Shown here one piece after another: positions 1 to 11,433 of a DNA stretch of 64,000 bases; the stretch's first letter is position 1; the number at the start of each line of letters is the position of its first letter. Location of the stretch: assembly GCA_002269645.1 (NCBI GenBank), contig NIVC01002892.1:1-64000 (forward strand). The letters are read 5' to 3'. The DNA comes from Macrostomum lignano (lineage: Eukaryota). The position numbers and the translations under genes were made by a program. The notes below the pieces were generated by a model. The model saw only the letters and a list, made by a program, of their open reading frames with translations. It was not told the DNA's origin and made no database searches.

Positions 1-480
1 ACAGACTTGACAGACTTGACAGACTTACAGACTTACAGACTTGACAGACTTGACAGACTTACAGACTTACAGACTTGACAGACTTACAGACTTGACAGAC
101 TTACAGACTTACAGACTTGACAGACTTACAGACACAGATACAGACTTACAGACTTGACAGACTTACAGACTTGACAGATTTGACAGACTTACAGACTTGA
201 CAGACTTACAGACTGACAGATTGACAGACTTACAGACTTGACAGATTTGACAGACTTACAGACTTGACAGATTTGACAGACTTACAGACTTGACAGACTT
301 ACAGACTTGACAGATTTGACAGACTTACAGACTTACAGACTTGACAGACTTACAGACTTGACAGACTTACAGACTTGACAGACTTACAGACTTACAGACT
401 TGACAGATTTGACAGATTTGACAGACTTACAGAGTTGACAGACTTACAGACTTGACAAACTAGAAATACAGACTTGAGTG
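1..480. repeat. Tandem repeat of 8-9 bp units (ACAGACTT / ACAGACTTG), truncated by the window start
   Basis: Continuous acagactt(g) units, decaying into scattered copies up to ~735. Confidence 0.95.
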
Positions 481-1189
481 ACTTACAGACTAGATACAGT
501 ATACTCGTACAGACTTGACAGACTTCGACTTATTTACATACTGAGAAATTTACAGACTGACAGACTTTTCAAACTTGATTTACAGAGTGACAGGCTTACT
601 AATTTGACTTACAGACTCCACGATCAGAAAAATTGTCCTAACAGCACCAATGAGTCTGTTTCCCACTGCAAGCCTCACAAGCCTCACTCTCTCAAAAATA
701 TCGTTTATAAAAGCGTTTACAGACAGACTTACAGACCTGCAAGCTGCCAGAATATTGCCAGCCGATGGGATGCGGAGCCGATTGGATAGCGGAGGGGGAA
801 GTGGCGATCAAAGCGATCGCAGTTAAAATACGATTGCTGCATCCAGTCGGCAGGAACTCGGAGGCAATTTTTCGCTATCGATAAAAGCCCAAGTCCGGGA
901 TGAGGGGAGAGACAGAACCGCTGTCAGGCCGAGGGCAGCTAAGCCAGCTTTGTTTGAACAAAATGAGAAAAACCGAAAGCCGGGGTAGCTCGCCTCTCAT
1001 AAAGCCACTCGGACTGGCTCTGGGTCACGTATTGGAATTAGATTCTGTTGTATAGTTTGATCTGTTCTGTAAATTTTTTAGATAGGATCCTTGCACTGAG
1101 TAATGCAGGAATTTCAGATCTCACGCTTAGATCTAAGCGTCTTCGTAGAATTATAGATCTGTGCTGCTCAAGGGTGGCTAAGTGGAACA

Positions 1190-1800
1190 CTAGTGTGGCA
1201 ACTGGCACACAGGAATGGCAACTGGCACACTAGAATGACACACAGGAATGGCAGCTGGCACACTAGAATGGCAACTGGCACACTAGAATGGAAAGTGGCA
1301 CACTAGAATGGCACTGGCACACTAGAATGGCACACAGGAATGGCAGCTGGCACACTAGAATGGCACACAGGAATGGCAGCTGGCACACTAGAATGGCACA
1401 CAGGAATGGCAGCTGGCACACTAGAATGGCAACTGGCACACTAGAATGGCAACTGGCACACTAAAATGGAAAGTGGCACACTAGAATGGCACTGGCACAC
1501 TAGAATGGCAACTGACACACTGTAATGGCACACTAGAATGGCAACTGGCACACTAGAATGGCAACTGGCACACTAAAATGGAAAGTGGCACACTAGAATG
1601 GCACTGGCACACTAGAATGGCACTGGCACACTAGAATGGCAACTGACACACTGTAATGGCACACTAGAATGGCAACTAGCACACTAGAATGGCAACTGGC
1701 ACACTAGAATGGAAAGTGGCACACTAGAATGGCATTGGCACACTAGAATGGCACTGGCACACTAGAATGGCACTGGCACACTGTAATGGCAACTGGCACC
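1190..1800. repeat. Minisatellite, ~20 bp unit GAATGGCAACTGGCACACTA with shorter variants; lies in the intron after exon 2 of the Rab-effector gene
   Basis: Units read directly from the sequence. Confidence 0.95.
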
Positions 1801-1823
1801 CAAAAAAGTAATTTGCAACTTAC

Positions 1824-3157
1824 GCCGCTGCCGCTCCCGGGCCAGCGAGGCAAGCAGGATGTCCTGGCCGCTGACAACTCCCTGGCCCCCGGACCGCTGT
1901 CGGGCCTCCTCGGTGAACCAGTCGCCGCTCTTGGCCGCGTTCAGCACCTCCAGGCGGCACAGCCGGCACTGAGGTTCGCTGCCGTGCACAAGGTAGACGC
2001 AGGAGCGGCAGGCCAGGTAGGCGCACCTGTTGCACACGTATCGACGGTGCACCATGTACAGCCGGGAGCCGCACAGCTCGCACAGGCTGTACAGCAGGCC
2101 GGGCTGTTCGTTCTGGTTTTGCACCCGGCTCACCTGGGCCATGGTGCGATGCAGCTCGCGGCGCAGCTTCCTGCGGGTGCGGCCCAGAGAATGCGGTAGA
2201 CAGACAGACACGCAGACAGACACTGAGACAGGCAGCTGCGGACAGACACTGAGACAGGCAGACGGACAGACACTGAGACAGGCAGCTGCGGACAGACACT
2301 GAGACAGGCAGCTGCGGACAGACACTGAGACAGGCAGACGGACAGACACTGAGACAAGCAGCTGCGGACAGACACTGAGACAGGCAGGCGGACAGACACT
2401 AAGACAGGCAGGCGGACAGACACAAAGACAGACAGGCGGGCAGACACTGAGACAGACAGGCGGACACTGAGACAGGCAGACAGGCAGACGGACAGACACA
2501 AAGACAGACAGGCGGGCAGACACTGAGACAGACAGGCGGACACTGAGACAGGCAGACAGGCATACGGACAGACACTGAGACAGGCAGAGGGACAGACACA
2601 AAGACAGGCAGGTGGACAGACACAAAAACAGACAGGCGGACAGACAAAGACAGACAGGCGGATAGACAATGAGACAGGCAGGCGGGCAGCCCGATCACTC
2701 AACTCTCTCCGCCGCTCGTCCTGCCTCCTGGCGGCCAGCAGTCGCTGCAGCAGGTTGTCCAGCTGCACCTTCTCCTCGGTGGTGAAGCAGTCCATGCCGA
2801 TGCTGCGCACCAGCTCCTCGGGGATCGCGAGCTCGAGAGTCTCATCGATGGAGCCCAGCGAGATAGCGGACTCGCCGGCGATGCTCTCATCCCGCCAGGA
2901 GCAGTAGGACTTCGAGTAGGACCGGCCGCCGAAGCTGCTCCCAGCGCCGCGTCGGCCGCCCCGTTGCGACGAGGGCGACCTCGGCGATTTCAATGGCATC
3001 GACGGCGACTGGGATGGCAACGACGGCGACTGAGACTTCGAGGGCGATGCCGACTGGCGCCCCGGTTAGACCCCGCGGCCGTGGAAGCTCCAGCGGCCGA
3101 CCGGCGGCTGCCGAAACCGGCGCTGCCGTTGCTAGCGCCGCTGACCCTGCTGGCCAT
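1824..3157 (-). CDS. Slp/rabphilin/MyRIP-type Rab effector (Slp homology / Rab-binding domain with FYVE-type zinc finger); first two exons, 3' part not located
   Basis: Exon 1 runs from ~3157 (or ATG 2999) to 2704 and encodes FTTEEKVQLDNLLQRLLAARRQDERRRE. Phase-2 intron 2703-2171 (GT...CCGCAG). Exon 2, 2170-1824, encodes KLRRELHR...CELC...CNRC..LACRSC...CRLC...KSGDWF, then a GTAAGT donor. The helix + Cys-rich finger + SG(D/E)WF layout is typical of Rab27/Rab3 effectors. The 5' end needs a 1-nt frameshift (see findings). Confidence 0.8.
2195..2690. repeat. Intronic low-complexity tandem repeat (CAGACAGACACTGAGACAGG-like) filling most of intron 1
   Basis: Units visible directly; source of the CLSV-repeat ORFs. 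Confidence 0.9.
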
Positions 3158-4539
3158 GAGATGCAATCAGAAACTGCTGCAGGGACTCAAATTGAGTTCA
3201 GCTTTAACCTGACAAAAAGTTGCTTTTGCTGTTCTGCTGAATCTTGATGCGCTTTTACTGGGCGTTTTGCTCGTCCCGAAAGCTGAACTTTTTTTACCAA
3301 AAGCGTCAGTTGCCTTGCTGATTAGATAAGGCGTAGCAAGAGCTTGGAAATGGCAGCCAGATAAATTCGCCTCGGCCTGTGCTGATGTTCGCACGCGTTT
3401 TCCGTGTGCTTCTCTCTCGTCTCTGTGTGTGTGCGTGTGTAGTCTCAGCCACGGCGCTTTATAAGACACGCCTAAAATAGAGGTTTGTTTTTCAAGGCCA
3501 ACCCCTCTCTCGGCCCATTTTTGCGTAGGCATGAGAGCTAACTGGTTCTTGTGACGGCAACACGGCGATAGACTGCACAGTGAGCCACCGCGCCTTCGGA
3601 ACTGGGGGGGTGGGGTGGAGTGAGCCGAGAGCTAAAAAATTTGAGAACAAAAGCGATTGTGTACACGCTCGTTACGCGGGCGTGCATTTGTCACTGCAGG
3701 GAGTACAGCGGTGTGTTTGCTGTATTACTATTTTTGAGGTTGGCAGAGTATTGAAGCTGCAACGAGTTTGAGACTGGGGACGGGGGTCAGAGAGAGAGAG
3801 AGAGCATTTATTTATACTCGTGACTTTGGGTGGTGTACAAACACACCTGACACACAATATCAATATGTATCTTAGTCAGCCTTCTCGCGCTATATCCCTG
3901 CAAGATGGTTGTGGTGGCCGTATGTCGCTACAGGGACGTGTGTCATTGTTTCATATCTCCGACACTTGAAATCTCTCCGTTAGGGTTAGAGTTAAACTTG
4001 TCGGACATATGAAAGCGCCGTATTGAATGCATACTCATTGTATAGGGTTACCCATTAAATCTGGGATACAGCCGACTGCAAGCTTGCTGTGGACTGCTTT
4101 TACATCCAGAAACCACGTCCAGGAAATCGACATTTAAAATTTGAAGACGGAACTCCCATCTAGCTGGCATGTTATTTTATCTACTAAACTGTAAATGTAG
4201 ACTCTTAGAGTTTAATCAATTGGTTGATGATAAAGGCAGGTGTATACTCAGCAACATCGACGAAAAGTCGCCACCCTTTGCCCCAGTGAGCAGTGTCTTT
4301 CGACCAGCGTCTATCACCTGGCCAACCAAATTGATATTAAAAATGCTTGAAAAAACAATGAAAACCTGGTGGAAGCTTCAATCCATCCGATCTTCGCCCT
4401 CCGCTCTTCCCAATCCCTCCTCACCCAGCCCAACTCTGCGTTGCGTGGCATCCAAACATCCAAATTTAGCAAACAGTATACTAGCCAACACAACAAAACT
4501 ACATTTATAAACAATACGTCAATGCCAATTAGTTCTTTG

Positions 4540-6052
4540 CAGGGGCGTCGCCATGGATTTAATGGTGGGGGGGGACAAGGCCAAGAATTCAACATGTACA
4601 TGTACATGACTAAATTTTGGTACTCATTTTAGTGCCGCAGGCACTCATTTTAGCGCCACAGGCAGTCATTTTAGCGCCGCAGGCACTCATTTTAGCACCG
4701 CAGGCACTCATTTTAGCGCCGCGGGGACTCATTTTAGCGCCGCAGACAGTCATTTAGGTGCCACAGGCACTCATTTTAGCGCCACAGGCACTCATTTTAG
4801 CGCCACAGGCACTCATTTTAGCGCCACAGGCACTCATTTTAGCGCCACAGGCACTCATTTTAGCGCCACAGGCACTCATTTTAGCGCCGCAGGCACTCAT
4901 TTTAGCGCCGCAGGAACTCATTTTAGCACCGCAGGCACTCATTTTAGCGCCGCGGGGACTCATTTTAGCGCCGCAGACAGTCATTTAGGTGCCACAGGCA
5001 CTCATTTTAGCGCCACAGGCACTCATTTTAGCGCCACAGGCACTCATTTTAGCGCCGCAGGCACTCATTTTACGCAGGCACTCATTTTAGCGCCGCGGGG
5101 ACTCATTTTAGCGCCGCAGACACTCATTTAGGTGCCACAGGCACTCATTTTAGTGCCGCAGGCACTCATTTTAGCGCCGCAGGCACTCATTTTAGCGCCG
5201 CAGGCACTCATTTAGCACCGCAGGCACTCATTTTAGCGCCACAGGCAGTCATTTTAGCGCCGCAGGCACTCATTTTAGCACCGCAGGCACTCATTTTAGC
5301 GCCGCGGGACTCATTTTAGTGCCGCAGACACTCATTTTAGCACCGCAGGCACTCATTTTAGCTCCACAGGCACTCATTTTAGCTCCGCAGGCACTCATTT
5401 CAGCACCGCAGGCACTCATTTTAGCGCCGCAGGCACTCATTTTAGCGCCACAGGCACTCATTTTAGTGCCGCAGGCACTCATTTTAGCGCCGCAGGCACT
5501 CATTTTAGCGCCGCAGGCACTCATTCTAGCGCCACAGGCTCTCATTTTAGTGCCGCAGGCACTCATTTTAGCGCCGCAGGCACTCATTTTAGCGCCGCAG
5601 GCACTCATTTTAGCGCCGCAGGCACTCATTTTAGCGCCACAGGCACTCATTTTACCACCGCAGGCACTCATTTTAGCACCGCAGGCACTCATTTTAGCAC
5701 CGCAGGTACTCATTTTAGCACCGCAGGCACTCATTTTAGCACCGCAGGCACTCATTTTAGCGCCGCAGGCACTCATTTTAGCGCCGCAGGCACTCATTTT
5801 AGCACCGCAGGCACTCATTTTAGCACCGCAGGCACTCATTTTAGCGCCGCAGGCACTCATTTTAGCGCCGCAGGCACTCATTTTAGCACCGCAGGCACTC
5901 ATTTTAGCACCGCAGGCACTCATTTTAGCGCCGCAGACAGTCATTTGGGTGCCGAAGGCGCTATAATTTGGCGCCCTGTAGAAAAATTACTGATTACCAC
6001 AGTGGGGTGGGGAGACAAAGCATTGGCATGTCCCCCGGCGGCAATGCACCTG
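4540..6052. mobile_element. Non-autonomous DNA transposon (MITE) inflated by an internal minisatellite
   Basis: Imperfect TIRs CAGGGGCGTCGCC (4540) and GGCAATGCACCTG (ends 6052). Direct repeat TTCTTTG at 4533-4539 and 6053-6059. Subterminal GGGGGGACA / TGTCCCCC. Confidence 0.7.
4630..5955. repeat. 21-bp minisatellite CAGGCACTCATTTTAGCGCCG
   Basis: Roughly 60 units; the PQALILA and MSACGAK ORFs are read-throughs of it. Confidence 0.97.
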
Positions 6053-6223
6053 TTCTTTGCTTTATCAAAAGCAATAGTGTTTTGATATGTACCACACACG
6101 CTATAGCTTGGCGGGAAGGAATGGTTTTGAAGCCTCTTGTTTTCGTGAATGCCCGCTAGTTTCGTCGATGTATAAAGCTTAGTGGGGCCCTCGAAACGAA
6201 GAGGCAACACCATAGAGGCAACA

Positions 6224-6487
6224 TCTAGACCATAGATCGTATATATTCCCTAGATGGGCCACTGTGTACTTAACCGCGCCCATAGACTCAATGAATTTCT
6301 TGAAAATTTTAGCGAACACCGTCTACTCGTACATATTGTTTAAGTTTCTTACCATGCATCACAAAAAATTGCTATGTCCCTCAGCTACTGAACTCGCTTT
6401 TTCGGGGGATCAAATTTTCAACATACATGTACTCGTAGTTTGAATAGAGTGGCCCATCTAGGAAATATACGATCTACATGGCCTAGA
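6224..6487. mobile_element. Small MITE-like element with ~35-40 bp inverted ends
   Basis: TAGATCGTATATATTCCCTAGATGGGCCACT (ends 6263) is nearly the reverse complement of AGTGGCCCATCTAGGAAATATACGATCTA (starts 6448). Confidence 0.65.
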
Positions 6488-9198
6488 CAGAACCATTAGT
6501 TCCTTAGAGGACTGCAGGTCAATTCTAAGAAAATGGACTGCATTGTCCTTCTACTTCAGTTGTCCATCGATGCACCTCTTTAACTTTGAACTCCGAAACT
6601 GGTCCTGGACCTCCACTATGATGCACTACTGCAATCAATATATTCTTTTAAAAATATCAAAACCCACCCAGGCATTGAAACGTCCTTTCCGAGAGAATGT
6701 GGAGCGCCTCAGCACTCAAAATTGATTTCAGCATTTCAAGTAAAAAACTAAATAGATAGCTTCTACTTTAGCAGACTACTAACACTGAACTAGTAGTATA
6801 AGTCCAAAATAATAATTACTTGTAATAAATAAATGAGTCAATAATGGAATATCCCCAACGGGGCAACAATATTTATGCATTTTATTCAATTTTTGGTTCA
6901 AATGGGAATTTTATTGAAAGTACAGGTTCTTTTAATATAACGCTTCCAAATTAACAAAGCTACTAGTAAAACTTAACATTTAAGTACACTTACAATACAT
7001 ATGCATAACACATATTAGTAGACAGAATCCCGGCACAGATACAAGGCCAGAGTACTACACAAACAATAGCAATTTTAATTATTAATTAGGCATATCAGGA
7101 GATATATAAATATAGATATAATTAGATTTTTTGCTTATAAAAGCGCATCGAATGCAATAGGGATCAGCAACTCCAATAGGATTAGAAATGGGATATTAAT
7201 GCTTGGAATTTTCACAGACAGATAATGACAGACGACACGTAAGAGCTGGGAAGTTGAAAGGCTACAAAGGGTGAGTTAGTAAATAGCAGCAACACTGTAA
7301 ATTGAAACTCGATTGCATCTGATAATTATTAGGAGCAGTAAACTAATTCTTTAGTTGAAATGTATACATATATATATATAATATTTATAGTACACATAGA
7401 AATGGCTAGCAGCAATCAATCAAATTTATATATTATTAATATGTGCATATCAACTCGAAAGCAGGTAGATTTGCATAAGTTTGCAAACAAGAGACAGTTA
7501 ATTAATATGCATATACCATATTGATACGGTTAGCCAAAAAGAACAATAGTAGTATTTTTCTGTTCTAAGGATTCTTATAATATATATTATAAGTATTACT
7601 TAGTATTGAATAGATTCAAGTGGCTCTCTAATTTGTAGTGCAGCGCAGAGTATTCATATTAACTATGCAACAAAACCAAAAGTACATACGAAGGAGAGCA
7701 AACTGTGATGTGCAATATGAGTGCACAGATAGCGAGATCAAGGCAGTCATCAATCCAATCATTTTCAACACAAAATCGATGCAGTAGTTACTTTTGAGTT
7801 TTTTGCAAAAAAAAAATACAGTTATGAATTTAGAACAGAGAACACAAAAAGAGAGCTGAACTTTAGGAGCGCAGGGCAAAGCAGACCCCCCTGCACAACA
7901 CTGCACCGTATGAGATAGTTGCAATGAACAGAATTGTACACATACAGACAGGAAGGGTAACTTTCGAAGGAATTTCATCAAAACCCTCCAAGCCAATGTG
8001 GGTGCAGTTTTGAAGAATAGATACAATTTTCAATGACACTAATAAAAGCAGCGGCAAAGCAGAATAAAGCAGAGCAAAAACATAGTAAGAAGCAGCAAAA
8101 GGGCAATGTGTTGGAAGCAATTACTATTTTTATAAGTTTCTGTTGTAGAGAATTTATTTATATTTTAAAAAGACTCCACTCTCATTGGCTCTGAACTTTT
8201 GTCTATGGTCAAAACTGACAAATGTGACCTGTCATTGCCACACATGGCAGCTATTTGTATTCTATTAAAGAAATTAGACAGGTCATACCACCGAATTCTG
8301 TTTCAGAGATTTTATAAATCTTGTTCAGGTTAAGTTAAAGTTTAAGGGCACGTCAGTAAAACAATACACGGGGCACAAATTCAACTCCCTTACTATTCAC
8401 CTTTTTATAAGAACGAGCGTATATGAATTACGAATTTATTATTCTTATTCTTATCTGTCTGGCACACAATTTTAGAACTGAAAAAGCTTGCTTACAAAAC
8501 ACCACCCTTCTGCTTAGACATTAGACATTAATTAGCAACATGGACATACAAAATCATATTGTCAGAAGGAACTGCCAGGGTTGGATTGTTGGACAACACA
8601 GCGCGTGAAAGCGGGCACAATACGCTATATTATATATATATGCGATATAAAGCAATAAATCGGATTAGCGAACGAATGCGAGAAGAGCGAAGGGAAAGGA
8701 GAATAACACACGATTGCATAGCTGGAGCAAAGCTAAAAACACACACACAGATTTGGGAAAGCAATAGCCAAAGCAAGCAACACGGTGTGCATAGCGGCAG
8801 GACAACATAATCGCGGATATGACAAGTTTATAGACATGATCTGATCTGATGGGTCGCGCGCACAAGTTGACTGTGAATTTGTAGGCCGAAAAATTTGTGG
8901 AAAAATTTTCTTCTCAAGAAATAAAATACGTTTGTAGCTAAACTCTATAATTAAAACTTGTCTTGATAGCTTAAGCCACAGATACTAAAATAACCAGACT
9001 TTTTCTGCTTAATTTTTGCTTTATTAACAATTTTCTGCGCAATGTCACTTAAATTAATGTGGCAGCTAAAATTTCATTTTCTTCATCGGGTTTTGTGGCC
9101 TCGCTCATATGGTTAAGAATGAACAAGCATTAAGATCGGTTTGTACACAATTGAACAAGATGGACGAAACTCAGCCTAGGGGGGTTGGGGACGGGGAC

Positions 9199-9550
9199 CA
9201 GTGGTCGTGGCGGGTCTCCTTCTAAATTTTCGCGCAACCCAAATTTTTTCGCGCCATAGGTATCTATATATACTAATATACAGCTAAGAATACCCAACAA
9301 ATTCAGACATGCACATGTGAATATGAAGGTAAAAATAGTTATGGAGGTGCAGAACATCATGAAATTTAATTATTCAAATGGGTGCCTGGAGTTTAAAGCT
9401 TCTTAATGAAAAAATAGCGCAAAAATGGGGGAATATTTTTCATATTTTCGCGCCATTAGCCATCCGCATTTTTCGCGCCATGGTCACAGAATTCGCGTAT
9501 TCGCGCCATTTTCGCGCAGGCGCGAATTCGCGCCACCGCCACGACCACTG
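9199..9550. mobile_element. hAT-type MITE (352 bp)
   Basis: Perfect 15-bp TIR CAGTGGTCGTGGCGG / CCGCCACGACCACTG; perfect 8-bp TSD ACGGGGAC at 9191-9198 and 9551-9558. Confidence 0.9.
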
Positions 9551-9551
9551 A

Positions 9552-9760
9552 CGGGGACAGGCCCATGGCCCAATCTAGCTCAGCCAATGAGAAAGCAGTA
9601 AGGAGAGAGGTCAAAGTAAAACTCTGCCTAGGGGGACAGGCCCATGGCCCAATCTAGCTCAGCCAATGAGAGAGCAGTAGGGAGAGAAGTCAAAGTTAAA
9701 CTCAGCCTAGGGGAATCTAGCTCAGCCAGTCAGAAAGCAGTAAGCAAAGAGCATAAAGTC
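9552..9760. repeat. About 2.5 tandem copies of a ~60-80 bp unit containing CTAGCTCAGCCAATGAGA
   Basis: AATCTAGCTCAGCCA recurs at ~9572, ~9651 and ~9714. Confidence 0.7.
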
Positions 9761-11433
9761 AGACACTTGAGTCAGGCAAGAGAAAAGCCAAACTGTTTAT
9801 CGGTCTGGCTGGGGCGCAACCCCTTTTTCTCTCTTGCTTTGTTATGTACACACAACTAGATTTGCGTGCAAGATTCAAACAGGATAAAGATGCTAATTTT
9901 ATGGGTCTGCTAGAATGCCAGTGACGATTGTTGTAGCTTTAAGTTTAGGTCTAAAGATGCAGACAAAAAACGCTAATTTTGCTACTAAAATAGGTGAGCG
10001 CAGTTTTTGTGACTGATTTATCTAAGTTAGTTTAGTACCTGCGGTTTTACCTATTAATAAAAGACCACGACAATAAGAACAAAATAATAACTGGAAAGGA
10101 GAACGGGGTAACTAGTAAATATTAATATTAAAATAAGTAAAAAAACATAAATTGGGGCACAATAGATATTTTTACTCAACAACGCAATACAAGCACAAGT
10201 AGGCAAGTTGGTGACAATTTTGTTAAACAAATCCTGTCGAAATTTAAAAAGTCTTCATCTAAAGCCAACAGAAGCAGCGCGATGGGAAAAAAGCTAAAAC
10301 AAACCATTTAAACGAAACCCGTGCCATCTGTCGTCTCTCTAGCTACGTATGAAATGAAATATACTAATAACGAATGATTATGTAACTTGAGCACAGAGCG
10401 GGGGGTTTCTCTACTAAACCAATTCATAGTTAAAAGTCATGGACGCAATCAAATGTACGCACTGATAAATACTTTGCACAACCTGTTAATTGAACGCTAA
10501 AAGTGATAGCTTCACGGCCCCACTAAAAACAGTTAGTTTAGTCTTTAGTTTATAAATATTTACGCAATCAAGTTGAAGGTAAAATGGATCTCTGTTGGTA
10601 AATACTTATCAAAAATGGTGTAATATTTAAAAAATACACTTGTACATATCAAATAGAGTTGATTAACGGAGCTACGGGAAAGGCCTCCGTGTGGAAGACT
10701 GACTGACGGACAAATGTACGCATGTATATAATAGAATATTAACATATTAAAACCAATTACAAACCCGACCCGCCCTATAGTCGCATTACTTACTAATATA
10801 ATCTGGGGGAAATGGGTATAGAAGACAGAATATAGAGCCGCTGGTAGCACTGACGGGAAATTGACATGTAAAAGCCTGCAGGTAAGACCATTATACAGAC
10901 GATTCTCATTCATGTTGATTTTCAAAGTAAATAGTTTAATATAAATTGTTTCAAGAGCAAAAGTGCGGAGACACAAGACATACGAGGGGGAGCACCATAT
11001 TACGTCATAGTTTAAACAAATTAATACAGCGCGATGCATAGATATTGATTGAGAAAGGCCAATAGGATACGACTATCAATGAGCGGTATTAGATAACGGG
11101 GGGCGTTGTCGGAATTCATCAACATTCGTTGCAAAAGAACCGGAAGGAGACTTATGAAGCAATCGATCAGTCATTAAAACGCGGTAGAATTGGATCAGAC
11201 AAGTATTTGCCGAAATTGCCGAAATGAGTTAAATAAATTTTATATGCGAACAGAGATCGGAACCTCAGGACTAGCAATAGGGGAGGGAAAGCGGATTTTT
11301 AAGAATTAAAATGAGACCGAACAACAGGCGAGCCGAAGGAAATGGAAGCTAAAAGAAGAATCGTCCTCAAACAAGAAAGAGCAATTGCCTCGAAACTGTC
11401 CCATAATTAGGAGTTGTGAGAGGGAGAGCGCAG

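Noticed and set aside
4754-5966. Long repeat-peptide ORFs on both strands (PQALILA, MSACGAK; likewise 19605-20087, 35008-35970, 44248-44636, 47841-48239, 62653-63435)
   Set aside because: Read-through of stop-free tandem repeat units; no domain content or splice context
9160-9172. GGACGAAAC as a hammerhead ribozyme core (also GCGAAAC near 54256 and CTGAAGA in the 37-mer)
   Set aside because: No matching CTGANGA/GAAA pair with flanking stems could be found by eye
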